A DNA stretch of 21,149 nucleotides, taken from an uncultured virus (IMG/VR IMGVR_UViG_3300048609_000040) (lineage: Duplodnaviria > Heunggongvirae > Uroviricota > Caudoviricetes). Within the stretch, counting starts at the first letter, position 1; the number at the start of each line of letters is the position of its first letter. The position numbers and the translations under genes were made by a program. The stretch lies in IMG/VR virus record IMGVR_UViG_3300048609_000040. One strand, 5' to 3'. This document shows positions 13,308 through 21,149 of this stretch, piece after piece. The notes beneath the pieces are model-generated. The model saw only the letters and a program-made list of their open reading frames with translations, did not search any database and was not told the DNA's origin.

Positions 13308-15281
13308 CTATGCTCCACGTTCGGTTAGGAAGGGTTGTAGTAGATGTAACGCGTCGGTGCGATGGTAGTAGTCGAACGGCAAACTCCGAGCGATGTACCT
13401 CGAATACGATGGATGATCGGTGATTCGTCGGTCCATACAAACCACAATACCGTAATCGTCAGATCGCCTGATCAGTCGACCAACACCTTGTCGCAATCGC
13501 ATAGCCATCCATGGGTAGTACCGCTTCTGGTACCAATCCTTGTCGGGCATGCGTCTTCTGATGGCAGTCAGCACTGCATCTTGATACGGGAAAGGCAATT
13601 TGTGGAGGATGATCGCCTTGGGGCCAGGCACGTCGATACCTGTCCAGAAACTGTCGACACCCATCAACACCGACGTGGGGTCGGCACGAAACCAGTCAAC
13701 CAGCGTCGATCGTGGCATGCTACCGCTACCACGCTTGCCCTGCTTGTGGAACACCCGACCACCGTAACCATCGAGCTTTTTGTGCATCCAATCGACGTCG
13801 GGCCACGCCGTGAAAAGGCACAACACACGGCCAGGCCAGAGGTCCAGGATCTCGCGGTAAAGAGGAAGTGTGTCTTGGTTGTATTGTTGACGATTTACAG
13901 GCGCGGGGACTGATGCGGCAGCGACAACAAGCTGTGCGTTAGCTTTGAAGTCGAAAGGTGATTCAGCCACAAACTCTACAGCATCGTCCGCTCCTAACTC
14001 GTCGCGAACAAGGTCAAACGTCCCAGCCGTTGTCATTGTTGCCGAGGTCATAACGACCGTCTTAGCTAACGTGTAGACATGCTGTTTCAGTAACGGTCCG
14101 ACCTCCAAAGGACGAGACTCTACACGAGATGGGCTGGACGGCTCTGTTGGTTTCTCTATCCAGTAGACTTTGTCCTCAAGGGGATTGGCGATCTCTTCGA
14201 GGTCGTCGATCAGCGTCTCGGTTGTACGCGCTAAGATGCGGATTGGAACAGCTCCCTCCCCGTCCAAATCTTCAAGCGTGAACCGCTGAAGTAGCTCTTT
14301 GAGTGGCTTAACGATTTCATCTACGTCAACCATGCCGGCTTCAAGACGATTGATGACACGATAGTGTTGACCGTTAACACATTCTGTGATCGCCTTGACT
14401 AACCAGCCACCAGCCTTTTCTACCTCGTTGACACCTGACCCGTAATCGGTTTTCAAGGCTTCAGCAAGATGTTTGAAACGGTGGTAGCCAAGCGAGGAAC
14501 CGAACGAGTCACGAGCTATCTTCGCAGCGTCGTGTGCCTCGTCCATGATCAACGTGTCAAACGGCGGAAGAATGCTGAACGGCCGTGCTCGCATAGACAA
14601 CATTGCATGCGCGAACAGCAAGTTGTAGTTGGTTACGACAATATCTGCTTCTGTTGCAGCCTTTCGATGCTTGTTGGACCAGCATGCTTCGGCGTACGGA
14701 CACTGCGCTCCTAGACACTCGTCGTTCTTGATTGTAACTATCGACCAAGCCTTGTCGGTACCGCTCGGGAACCCTGGATCGTCCCTATCCCCTGTAGTAG
14801 TTATCATTGCCCACGCAGAGACAGCATGTAGCATGCTGCCCAATTCTGCTCCCATGCCGTAGTTGTCATAGTCTGGTGTACCAGGCATCAACGTGGCGTC
14901 ACGGTTTGTTGTTAGAAAACCTAGCTTACGTAGGCAAAGAAAATTCCCGCGCCCTTTCAACAAGGCTGCTTTGAACTTAAAGGGCAAGGCTTCCTGAAGC
15001 AGTGGAAGATCTTTCTCAATAAGCTGATTCTGTAGCGCAATATTGGCTGTAGCAATCACAGCACGCTGCTTGTAGTGATGCGCCTGATACACGACAGGAA
15101 CCCCGTAGGCAAAGCCTTTACCCGAACCGCACGGTGCTTCTGCGAGGAGTTTGCCCTTATCAGTGATCGCTGTGGCTACTTTGCGCGCCAACTCGATCTG
15201 TCCCGTACGTACCTCGTATCCAGGCAGATGTTGAGCCAGGAGTCCCTTTGACGCAAACACCTGATCTATGAAATTGTTCAC
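13308..15281 (-). CDS. DinG/YoaA-family Fe-S SF2 DNA helicase
   Basis: GYEVRTGQ (Q motif), EAPCGSGKG (Walker A), KGRGNFLC and ECLGAQCPYAEAC (four Fe-S Cys), DEAH, SAT, FWTGIDVPG, KLPFP, QGVGRLIR. Confidence 0.93.
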   Translation of the reverse strand: MNNFIDQVFASKGLLAQHLPGYEVRTGQIELARKVATAITDKGKLLAEAPCGSGKGFAYGVPVVYQAHHYKQRAVIATANIALQNQLIEKDLPLLQEALPFKFKAALLKGRGNFLCLRKLGFLTTNRDATLMPGTPDYDNYGMGAELGSMLHAVSAWAMITTTGDRDDPGFPSGTDKAWSIVTIKNDECLGAQCPYAEACWSNKHRKAATEADIVVTNYNLLFAHAMLSMRARPFSILPPFDTLIMDEAHDAAKIARDSFGSSLGYHRFKHLAEALKTDYGSGVNEVEKAGGWLVKAITECVNGQHYRVINRLEAGMVDVDEIVKPLKELLQRFTLEDLDGEGAVPIRILARTTETLIDDLEEIANPLEDKVYWIEKPTEPSSPSRVESRPLEVGPLLKQHVYTLAKTVVMTSATMTTAGTFDLVRDELGADDAVEFVAESPFDFKANAQLVVAAASVPAPVNRQQYNQDTLPLYREILDLWPGRVLCLFTAWPDVDWMHKKLDGYGGRVFHKQGKRGSGSMPRSTLVDWFRADPTSVLMGVDSFWTGIDVPGPKAIILHKLPFPYQDAVLTAIRRRMPDKDWYQKRYYPWMAMRLRQGVGRLIRRSDDYGIVVCMDRRITDHPSYSRYIARSLPFDYYHRTDALHLLQPFLTERGA

Positions 15282-15374
15282 TTTGAGTCCTCTCGCGTCT
15301 CGCTTGAAAGCTGCGAGTAGCTACATTGATGGGACAAAGTCAGGACGTTCGTAATCGTCTACCACGAGCGCCCA

Positions 15375-16046
15375 TCAGCCTACGTCCTTGCACATACCTG
15401 AAAACACCTTTACGTCGTTCAAGACACGCTTTACGTTCTCTTCTATTGGTTGGAGGCCATTCAACACAGAAATCTTTTCGTTGCCTGGCCAAAATGATGG
15501 TGGTTCCGGCCAGTACGGGATCCATTGATAAGCCTTACGCAGTTGATCAACCTTCTCTACCTCGGCAGGTTCGTAGAGAGGTCTTCGGGCACGATGTCTC
15601 TTGTCTTGTCTCTCCAATGCCACGTTAGCAGGAACGTCGATAACATAGACGTGTGTGGGAACTACAGGTTTGACGTGTCGAAGTGCCGCCTCGACTACAA
15701 CACGACCGTGGATTGGCATTTGATAAACGAATGCGGAGAACATAGTGTGCCGATCGCCGACGATCATCACACCGTCGTTGCGCATTGCTGTTATCTGCGG
15801 TGTAAGGTCGGCAAGCTCTGCGGCAAACAGCCATAACATAGCCTCAGACGTGAAGCTGACGCGCTCGTCGAAGACGTCGAGGATCAACTGCCCCGCACGT
15901 GAAATCGGCCCAGGCATGGCTAGATGAGCTACAGGTAGTCCACGATCACGCAACTCGGCTACAAGAGCAGCTGCCAATGTTGTCTTACCGCAACCGTTTA
16001 CGCCTTCAAACACGACGTAAGGTGGTTCTTGTTTTTTACTCTTCAT
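15375..16046 (-). CDS. tmk: Thymidylate (dTMP) kinase
   Basis: VVFEGVNGCGKTT P-loop; LWLFAA; GDRH..S..VYQ; P.....IDVP..VALER. Start reassigned to ATG 16046 (GAGG RBS). Confidence 0.85.
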   Translation of the reverse strand: MKSKKQEPPYVVFEGVNGCGKTTLAAALVAELRDRGLPVAHLAMPGPISRAGQLILDVFDERVSFTSEAMLWLFAAELADLTPQITAMRNDGVMIVGDRHTMFSAFVYQMPIHGRVVVEAALRHVKPVVPTHVYVIDVPANVALERQDKRHRARRPLYEPAEVEKVDQLRKAYQWIPYWPEPPSFWPGNEKISVLNGLQPIEENVKRVLNDVKVFSGMCKDVG

Positions 16047-16446
16047 TGTTAGCCTCAGCCGGCCTAGCTTGGACCCGCAAGTAACGCTTTTCTGTTGTAG
16101 AGATTGGTAGCTTTGGTAGTACGACTCGCTGTTCGGTGACCAGACGAACGGCACCGACTTTATGGTCAGGTTGCGGATTGGGACCAATCAAACAGACAAA
16201 ACCTTCAAGCTCGTCGGCGCGTACAAGCCTATTTTCATAAGGGTAGACAACGTATGCCGCTGTTGTTAATTTTTCACACTCACTACACTGCACAGTGCCC
16301 CAGCCGACAACGCTTCGTAAGACAGGTTGCCCATCGGGGCCTATCTGACCTGTCCGTTTCGTCTCTGTGTAGATGGCGAAATAGTTGTCTGCCGCGACAA
16401 AATGTAACATGGTGGTAGTTGGTAAGGTGTGTAAACAATCAGGCAT
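16036..16446 (-). CDS. Hypothetical protein
   Basis: Start probably ATG 16446, overlapping the polymerase stop (track 16036..16473); fills the gap between pol and tmk. Confidence 0.65.
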   Translation of the reverse strand: MPDCLHTLPTTTMLHFVAADNYFAIYTETKRTGQIGPDGQPVLRSVVGWGTVQCSECEKLTTAAYVVYPYENRLVRADELEGFVCLIGPNPQPDHKVGAVRLVTEQRVVLPKLPISTTEKRYLRVQARPAEANNEE

Positions 16447-19400
16447 CGGCCCAACTCCGTCCATCTTTGACATCTACAGGGAAGAAGACCGTCACGCCAT
16501 TGTGCGTGTGGGTTTGCTGGAAGGCTTCACGAACGTCATCCTTGAGTCGCAGCACATCAACCTCATCGCACTCAAAGGTGATCGAGTCGTGGACTTGAAC
16601 GATAGGAAACGCGTTTCTGTATTGTTGACGTAGAACAGGTACAATGCGTTTAAGGCCCGTAGCCATAATGTCTGCCGCCGTCGAGTTGTGTACAACAAAG
16701 CCTTCCGCAACATAACCGTGATCGTCGCCTGGAATTTCGAGATCGAAAGTTTGTGCGGGTGGTTGTTTTATTATCTCTACTACAATGTCAAACTTCGCTG
16801 CACGTGTTGAAAATTCAACTGCAACATGATCTCCAACACGAAGATCACAAAGACGTGTCCAGGAAACAGTGTTACCGTCGTCGAGAAGGAAATAATGTCC
16901 CGCGGTACAACATAACGTACCGTGTTCAGCAAGCAACTTGTAGATAGGCTGAACACCAGCGTCGTGTAGTATGAAGTTGTTCGTACGCCGCCCGCTAGGT
17001 TGCTGTAAAGTGTGTCTTCGTGGATCAAGATCTCGATACCAGATCCAACCAAACGTGGTTAATACGCGTTGATCCCACCGCCCGCACTGTACGGGGAAGT
17101 TGTATACATCGTTGATTTCGGCATTACCTAACGGGAAACAGCGGCGGCGCCCGTAAATCGCCGAGCGAACCTCGTGTGGTGGCTGGGCTACGTCACGTAG
17201 CAGTTGTTGGTGCCATGCTGTAACACCAGGCATGCGTGAGGACATCAGCATGACCATACGCGCAATGTCTTCACGCTTGGTGTTAGGATGGTCCTTCTTG
17301 ATGTTGTTCCACAACGTGTCGATCTGGCCACCGTAGAAGGCACCGAACTCGGCGCGTTTGACGGCGTCGCGTAGAACCTTCCTCTCCGGTTGCGGCAACG
17401 TATCGAAATTGGGCCACACGATACGGGCGAATTCGGAGTGGATGTCCTTACCAGACGAGAAGATGTTACAGAGCCACGGATCGCCAGAAAGCAGCGCTAT
17501 CGTACGGCTCTCGATTTGACCGAAGTCAAACCCGACGAACCCGCGGGTTTCAGGTGCAACAACTTGCGCGCGAAGATTAGGCCGCCCTTTAGTAACATCA
17601 TCTCTGGGCCAGTTCTGACAGTTGCCTGTAATCATTACGTTTTTTCCTCGACGTACCACAATGTACGTCGAGGGAACAGAAACACAATAGACGTGTCCCT
17701 CCCACTGTCGTCGTGCAACCTTGGTTGTCTTTACCCATTTCAACTTCAATTTGGCAGCGGTCAACGACACCACTTCGTCGATATTATCTACAGCAGCAAT
17801 ACTATGCTTGTCTGACAGGTCTTCTGCAAAAGTGTCAGTTGACACAACAGCGTTCCCACCACGGCGTAATCGTGTCGGAAAGCCGTGAGATGGGGTCACA
17901 AACAGGTTTACGTTCTCGATGTAGATCATGTCTCCCGTATAAGGGAGATCTACGTATCTTGTAGGTTCAACGAAGTCGATACTGGAATCTTCCCTCCAGA
18001 ACTGTGCGACCTTACACCCGTGCAGCAGCGCAGGAAAATACACCCAACCTTTCTCGGTTAGTATCTCTGTCCTGTCGTCGAAGCACATTGGATCTTCTGC
18101 GCTCCAGCGACCTGTTATCCGATGCACACTCCACCGAGGATGCACTCGGTTGTGCTCGTCGACGTATCCATACTTGACGATGTTGCCTGCTTCATCGTGT
18201 CGATCGAAGAACGAGTAGATGAAGGTGCTGAACAACTTCTGGTTCTCACGATAATCCAGAAGTGCCCGCACTTCAGGGATGTGCACGAACGCTTCTAGGA
18301 TCTCCTTCTTGGTTGACGTCGCACCTTTCTCGGTTTGGAAATAGAGAGGCACACCGCGCGCCTTGAGATAGGCAGCAACGTGGTCACTGCTACCGATGTT
18401 CCACTCCCAAGCGTCCTTCTCGGCCGCGTCTATCAGTTCGGTCAACCGAACCTTTTGCCGCTCTAAGTAATCGTCAGGATCAGCGGCTCTACCACTAGGC
18501 TTACGGATCTTCTTGGCCTGCTCGAAGGCGATGTGCTGCCAGAGCGCGTCCTGGATCTCCGGTCGGTTGGCGTCCTCTTCTATGATCTTTTGCAGTTCGG
18601 GATCGTGTTTCTTGCTCCCGGTACGCCAATCAGCGAGCGCTTTGACTACTGGGTTGTCGAGGTATGGTTTCAGCGTCTCCTTGGTGATGCTGACCCGCGC
18701 TTTATCGGTTGTGGGCAAAACGACGTTGTGTACCCTAAGCCACCCCGCAACGTGATCTGCTGCTGTGATCTTCCACTTCCAAGCGCCCTTTTCGGCCGCC
18801 AATCGAATCTCATCGAGTCTGATTATCTTGCGGGTCTCGAACTCTTCGGGATCTTGTTTGGCGGTAGATCCTTGACGGTAGCGCTTAGCCTGTTCTGCAG
18901 CTAACCGATCCCAAAGCTTCTCGCGGATCTCTGGATCGTTGGCGCGGATTTCGATCTTCTCCCGCGCCACTTGCATGTTGTCCCAGAACTGTTTGTATAG
19001 CTGATCGTTGACCTCTTTGGAGATTGGGATACCTACGTCATACATCCACTCCGCGACTTCAGCACAGAACAAATCGACTTCATAGCAACGACGCGAGTCC
19101 GTTCGTTGCATTGCGACTTCAAGTGGTTCGTCAAGCCGTGCACATACCAGTGTGTCCTTGGCGTTATAAACTAAAAGGTTTTCTGGTGTGTCCTTACCTT
19201 GTCTAAACTCTGATTTCCACGGCCTGATGGCAAAGTATTGTGTACCAACTCGTTGTAGATTATGCGCAAGTCCAGGAAAAGCAGCGTGATGTTGAAGCAG
19301 TGTATCGGTGACTGGTCCAATCACAGGCAGGCGATGCCGTTTTAGCACCCCTTTGTCATATATCGAGTTGTGAAAGACCTTACGAATGTTTGGATCAGCC

Positions 19401-20305
19401 AACAACGCTGCAATTAACCGTTTTGACATCGGCGTGAGGATGCCCCACAGAACCGACAATCCCCAATTGGGGGTAGCCAACCCGATAGCACTCAACTTGG
19501 CATTGATTGGCTGCAACGCAGTATGCCGTTGTTCATCGTCAACGTAAGTCTCGGTGTCGACCGCAACCATACGTTGACGACGCGCCTCGACTACCATTTC
19601 TCGGATGAGTTTCTCTGCGCGGTTAGGATCGAAACACTCAGTCACAATATCTTCCTCACGGAAGACAATGTCCTTACCTGCCGCGATAGCTGCTACCTTG
19701 GCGGCGTCGTACATCAGATTCCAGAATGCGATGTCTGGACTGTGTGCGCCGCCGAGGCCAGCACCACCACGTAGAATAGCGGCAGGGTGGATGGTAGGGA
19801 TGACCGCCCGTTTGCCTGTACCGTCTGGATCAGCTAAATGGTACGAGCCTGCCAGGTCTTGTACAGACCCCACCCTTGACCCTAGAACAGCACGGGTCGC
19901 AACAGCTCCCAGGGCAAGAATCGCCTTACCTGGATGCTGTGATAGCTCCTGAACGAACCTTGGAGCACAAGCCTTGCGGGCCTTGTCTTTGTCTGTGTCG
20001 CTAGCTTCGGCCGTTGGCAGACACAACGTTGCGTTGGTCACCCACAAACGGCGACGATCTACACCGATCGCCGTCAATGCCTTGTTTACCAACTGCCCGC
20101 TGGCACCTACAAAGGGACGATTAAGTGCAATTTCTGTTTGCCCTGGGCCTTCTCCTACAACGATCCAATCAGCCTTGTCAGGATCGGGGCCTTCTCCGAC
20201 AACAGGCCGATTAGGTCCTTCGTCCCTGGCAAAAGGACAGTCCTTGCACTTGGCACCTTGAACGGTGCCACGAGCAAACGAAACAGCTTCGCGTATCACT
20301 CCCAT
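16439..20305 (-). CDS. polA: Family A DNA polymerase with N-terminal family-4 uracil-DNA glycosylase domain, 3'-5' exonuclease, duplicated thumb and two inteins (1288-aa precursor, ~999 aa spliced)
   Basis: UDG: CKDC, GEGPG, PFVG, TNATLC, KAC, HPAAILR. Exo: VAVDTET, FHNSIYD, YNAKD. Pol: TGRWS, motif A DFGQIESR, motif B RDAVKRAEFGAFYG, NFPVQ/STAAD, motif C VHDS. Start likely ATG 20305. Confidence 0.95.
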   Translation of the reverse strand: MGVIREAVSFARGTVQGAKCKDCPFARDEGPNRPVVGEGPDPDKADWIVVGEGPGQTEIALNRPFVGASGQLVNKALTAIGVDRRRLWVTNATLCLPTAEASDTDKDKARKACAPRFVQELSQHPGKAILALGAVATRAVLGSRVGSVQDLAGSYHLADPDGTGKRAVIPTIHPAAILRGGAGLGGAHSPDIAFWNLMYDAAKVAAIAAGKDIVFREEDIVTECFDPNRAEKLIREMVVEARRQRMVAVDTETYVDDEQRHTALQPINAKLSAIGLATPNWGLSVLWGILTPMSKRLIAALLADPNIRKVFHNSIYDKGVLKRHRLPVIGPVTDTLLQHHAAFPGLAHNLQRVGTQYFAIRPWKSEFRQGKDTPENLLVYNAKDTLVCARLDEPLEVAMQRTDSRRCYEVDLFCAEVAEWMYDVGIPISKEVNDQLYKQFWDNMQVAREKIEIRANDPEIREKLWDRLAAEQAKRYRQGSTAKQDPEEFETRKIIRLDEIRLAAEKGAWKWKITAADHVAGWLRVHNVVLPTTDKARVSITKETLKPYLDNPVVKALADWRTGSKKHDPELQKIIEEDANRPEIQDALWQHIAFEQAKKIRKPSGRAADPDDYLERQKVRLTELIDAAEKDAWEWNIGSSDHVAAYLKARGVPLYFQTEKGATSTKKEILEAFVHIPEVRALLDYRENQKLFSTFIYSFFDRHDEAGNIVKYGYVDEHNRVHPRWSVHRITGRWSAEDPMCFDDRTEILTEKGWVYFPALLHGCKVAQFWREDSSIDFVEPTRYVDLPYTGDMIYIENVNLFVTPSHGFPTRLRRGGNAVVSTDTFAEDLSDKHSIAAVDNIDEVVSLTAAKLKLKWVKTTKVARRQWEGHVYCVSVPSTYIVVRRGKNVMITGNCQNWPRDDVTKGRPNLRAQVVAPETRGFVGFDFGQIESRTIALLSGDPWLCNIFSSGKDIHSEFARIVWPNFDTLPQPERKVLRDAVKRAEFGAFYGGQIDTLWNNIKKDHPNTKREDIARMVMLMSSRMPGVTAWHQQLLRDVAQPPHEVRSAIYGRRRCFPLGNAEINDVYNFPVQCGRWDQRVLTTFGWIWYRDLDPRRHTLQQPSGRRTNNFILHDAGVQPIYKLLAEHGTLCCTAGHYFLLDDGNTVSWTRLCDLRVGDHVAVEFSTRAAKFDIVVEIIKQPPAQTFDLEIPGDDHGYVAEGFVVHNSTAADIMATGLKRIVPVLRQQYRNAFPIVQVHDSITFECDEVDVLRLKDDVREAFQQTHTHNGVTVFFPVDVKDGRSWADA
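16685..17086 (-). mobile_element. Mini-intein 2 (134 aa, no homing endonuclease)
   Basis: Starts CGRWDQRVLT; block B CTAGHYF; block F TFDLEI; ends VVHN followed by Ser+1. Exteins join as YNFPVQ-STAADI, equivalent to PolI NAPMQGTAADI. Confidence 0.92.
17621..18085 (-). mobile_element. Mini-intein 1 (155 aa, no homing endonuclease)
   Basis: Starts CFDDRTEILTEKGW; block B VTPSHGF; block F VYCVSVP; ends ITGN followed by Cys+1. Exteins join as GRWSAEDPM-CQNWP, equivalent to PolI GRLSSxxPNLQNIP. Confidence 0.9.
18248..18958 (-). repeat. Tandem ~112-aa duplication in the polymerase thumb
   Basis: Copy 1 18958-18623 and copy 2 18586-18248; about 49/113 identical residues by hand alignment with one gap. 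Confidence 0.9.
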
Positions 20306-20922
20306 TGGGCGGATGCATCTTTGAGCGTCTCGATTAGAGTCCACCTGCCCTCGTTACTTCTCAGCAATGGACTGTCGCTGCGCACGTAACCCCCTATGTC
20401 CTTTCCAGCGAAGGTCACGTGTATGATGCGGGCTTCGCCGACCAATCGTTTGAGTGCGCGCCAAACCGCACGGCAGCCTGCATTGTACGATGCAAACGTC
20501 CCGTAGTCTTCGATCACTTCCTGATACAAATCCTTGAAGACTTTGCATCGCCTAACAGGCGTGTGATCATACACTATCTCTCTAAGAGTATGTGTATGGA
20601 CTTCCCGTCTTCGATAGGGGTATGCAACATCGTAGAAGGGGTCCGGCAAATTGTCAGGGATGAAGTGGGCAAGATGTACATCTTCTCGATCGCAACGATC
20701 GTCCCTACATATTTCAGCGCCGTCTTCACCTATAGTTAAAACCGTAATCGGAGCTGGGGGTAAAGGCTCTTCGGCACGTTTCGACAAGAACAGACGACGC
20801 GCACGTTGTACAGCCTGACGAGTAACACCTAGTTTTTCCGCTAAGATACGATCAGGTTGTCTTAGTGTTTCGTTTTCCCAGTATTTGTTCCAGTTGATTC
20901 TCTTACGTCGTACCCTCGGCAT
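20296..20922 (-). CDS. Putative transcription regulator: N-terminal HTH, central C..C..H..H motif, possible C-terminal winged helix
   Basis: DRILAEKLGVTRQAVQRARR (HTH); CRDDRCDREDVHLAH; FKDLYQEVIEDYG...RAVWRALKRLV. Start likely ATG 20922 or 20928 within track ORF 20296..21066. Confidence 0.7.
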   Translation of the reverse strand: MPRVRRKRINWNKYWENETLRQPDRILAEKLGVTRQAVQRARRLFLSKRAEEPLPPAPITVLTIGEDGAEICRDDRCDREDVHLAHFIPDNLPDPFYDVAYPYRRREVHTHTLREIVYDHTPVRRCKVFKDLYQEVIEDYGTFASYNAGCRAVWRALKRLVGEARIIHVTFAGKDIGGYVRSDSPLLRSNEGRWTLIETLKDASAQWE

Positions 20923-20944
20923 GCTCATCCCCCGATGACAGCAA

Positions 20945-20986
20945 TCGGACAGCGAAGCACAATGATTTATGTGCTTCGCTGTCCGA
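20945..20986. repeat. Perfect 17-bp inverted repeat with 8-nt loop
   Basis: TCGGACAGCGAAGCACA-ATGATTTA-TGTGCTTCGCTGTCCGA, intergenic. Confidence 0.9.
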
Positions 20987-21019
20987 CGGATCCCGTTGTT
21001 TTGACGTGTGAGGTTCTGA

Positions 21020-21149
21020 CTAGCGGCGCATCGGCTGCGGCTGCTGATTGTTGCCGTTAGGAGCAACAGGAGCAGTCGTCGGTGCAGGCCGTCGCTGCGC
21101 TACCGGACGTCCCTGAGGAGCCTGAACCTGTTGCGGTGCTGCCAACATG
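21020..21149 (-). CDS. 3' end of a truncated gene with a Pro/Gln/Ala-rich disordered tail, possibly an ssDNA-binding protein
   Basis: ...MLAAPQQVQAPQGRPVAQRRPAPTTAPVAPNGNNQQPQPMRR* (TAG at 21022-21020). The SSB guess rests only on composition and replication-module context. Confidence 0.45.
   Translation of the reverse strand, partial: MLAAPQQVQAPQGRPVAQRRPAPTTAPVAPNGNNQQPQPMRR

Noticed and set aside
13308..15281. DinG as CasDinG of a type IV CRISPR system
   Set aside because: No repeat-spacer array or cas-like genes in the window; the context is a replication module.
16560..16600. Polymerase motif C reads HDS rather than HDE
   Set aside because: The catalytic Asp is intact and HDS occurs in other phage family A polymerases. 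Motif B has the ordinary Phe at the PolI-762-equivalent position, so this is no evidence of inactivity or novelty.
16685..18085. Homing endonuclease or group I intron in the polymerase
   Set aside because: The ORF is uninterrupted, and both insertions are too short and lack LAGLIDADG/HNH motifs.
1..21149. Stop-codon reassignment
   Set aside because: Large conserved genes are intact in the standard code, and TAA, TAG and TGA all end genes at tightly coupled junctions.

Overview
This window looks like a fragment of a dsDNA bacteriophage (or other prokaryotic virus) genome with two transcriptional arms converging at 9434-9437. No capsid, terminase, tail, integrase, rRNA, tRNA or CRISPR features were recognised. 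The left arm (+ strand, 1-9437) is a tightly packed run of mostly small hypothetical genes. It also carries a 445-aa Zn-finger/OB-fold-type phage protein, a ribosomal bL12 C-terminal-domain protein and a GC-rich UvrD/SF1 helicase. The right arm (- strand, 21149 to 9434) starts with a replication/modification module: a probable SSB tail, an HTH regulator, a family A DNA polymerase with an N-terminal family-4 uracil-DNA glycosylase and two mini-inteins, thymidylate kinase, a DinG/YoaA Fe-S helicase and a Dam-like adenine methyltransferase. A cluster of small, very basic proteins and a ribbon-helix-helix regulator follow. The most notable observations are: (1) a tandem duplication of the polymerase thumb region, each copy carrying an insert at the position where T7 polymerase has its thioredoxin-binding domain; (2) a self-contained promoter-to-terminator unit of three Lys/Arg/Cys-rich microproteins, two missed by the ORF track and one with a twin Cx3C motif; (3) a 22-bp double-GATC box shared by that promoter and the UvrD promoter, next to the phage dam gene, suggesting a methylation-sensitive switch; (4) a TGTAwTACA operator shared by three promoters, including the RHH gene's own; (5) gene-boundary direct repeats and gene relics in the left arm. 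All calls come from reading motifs by eye; no database search was run.
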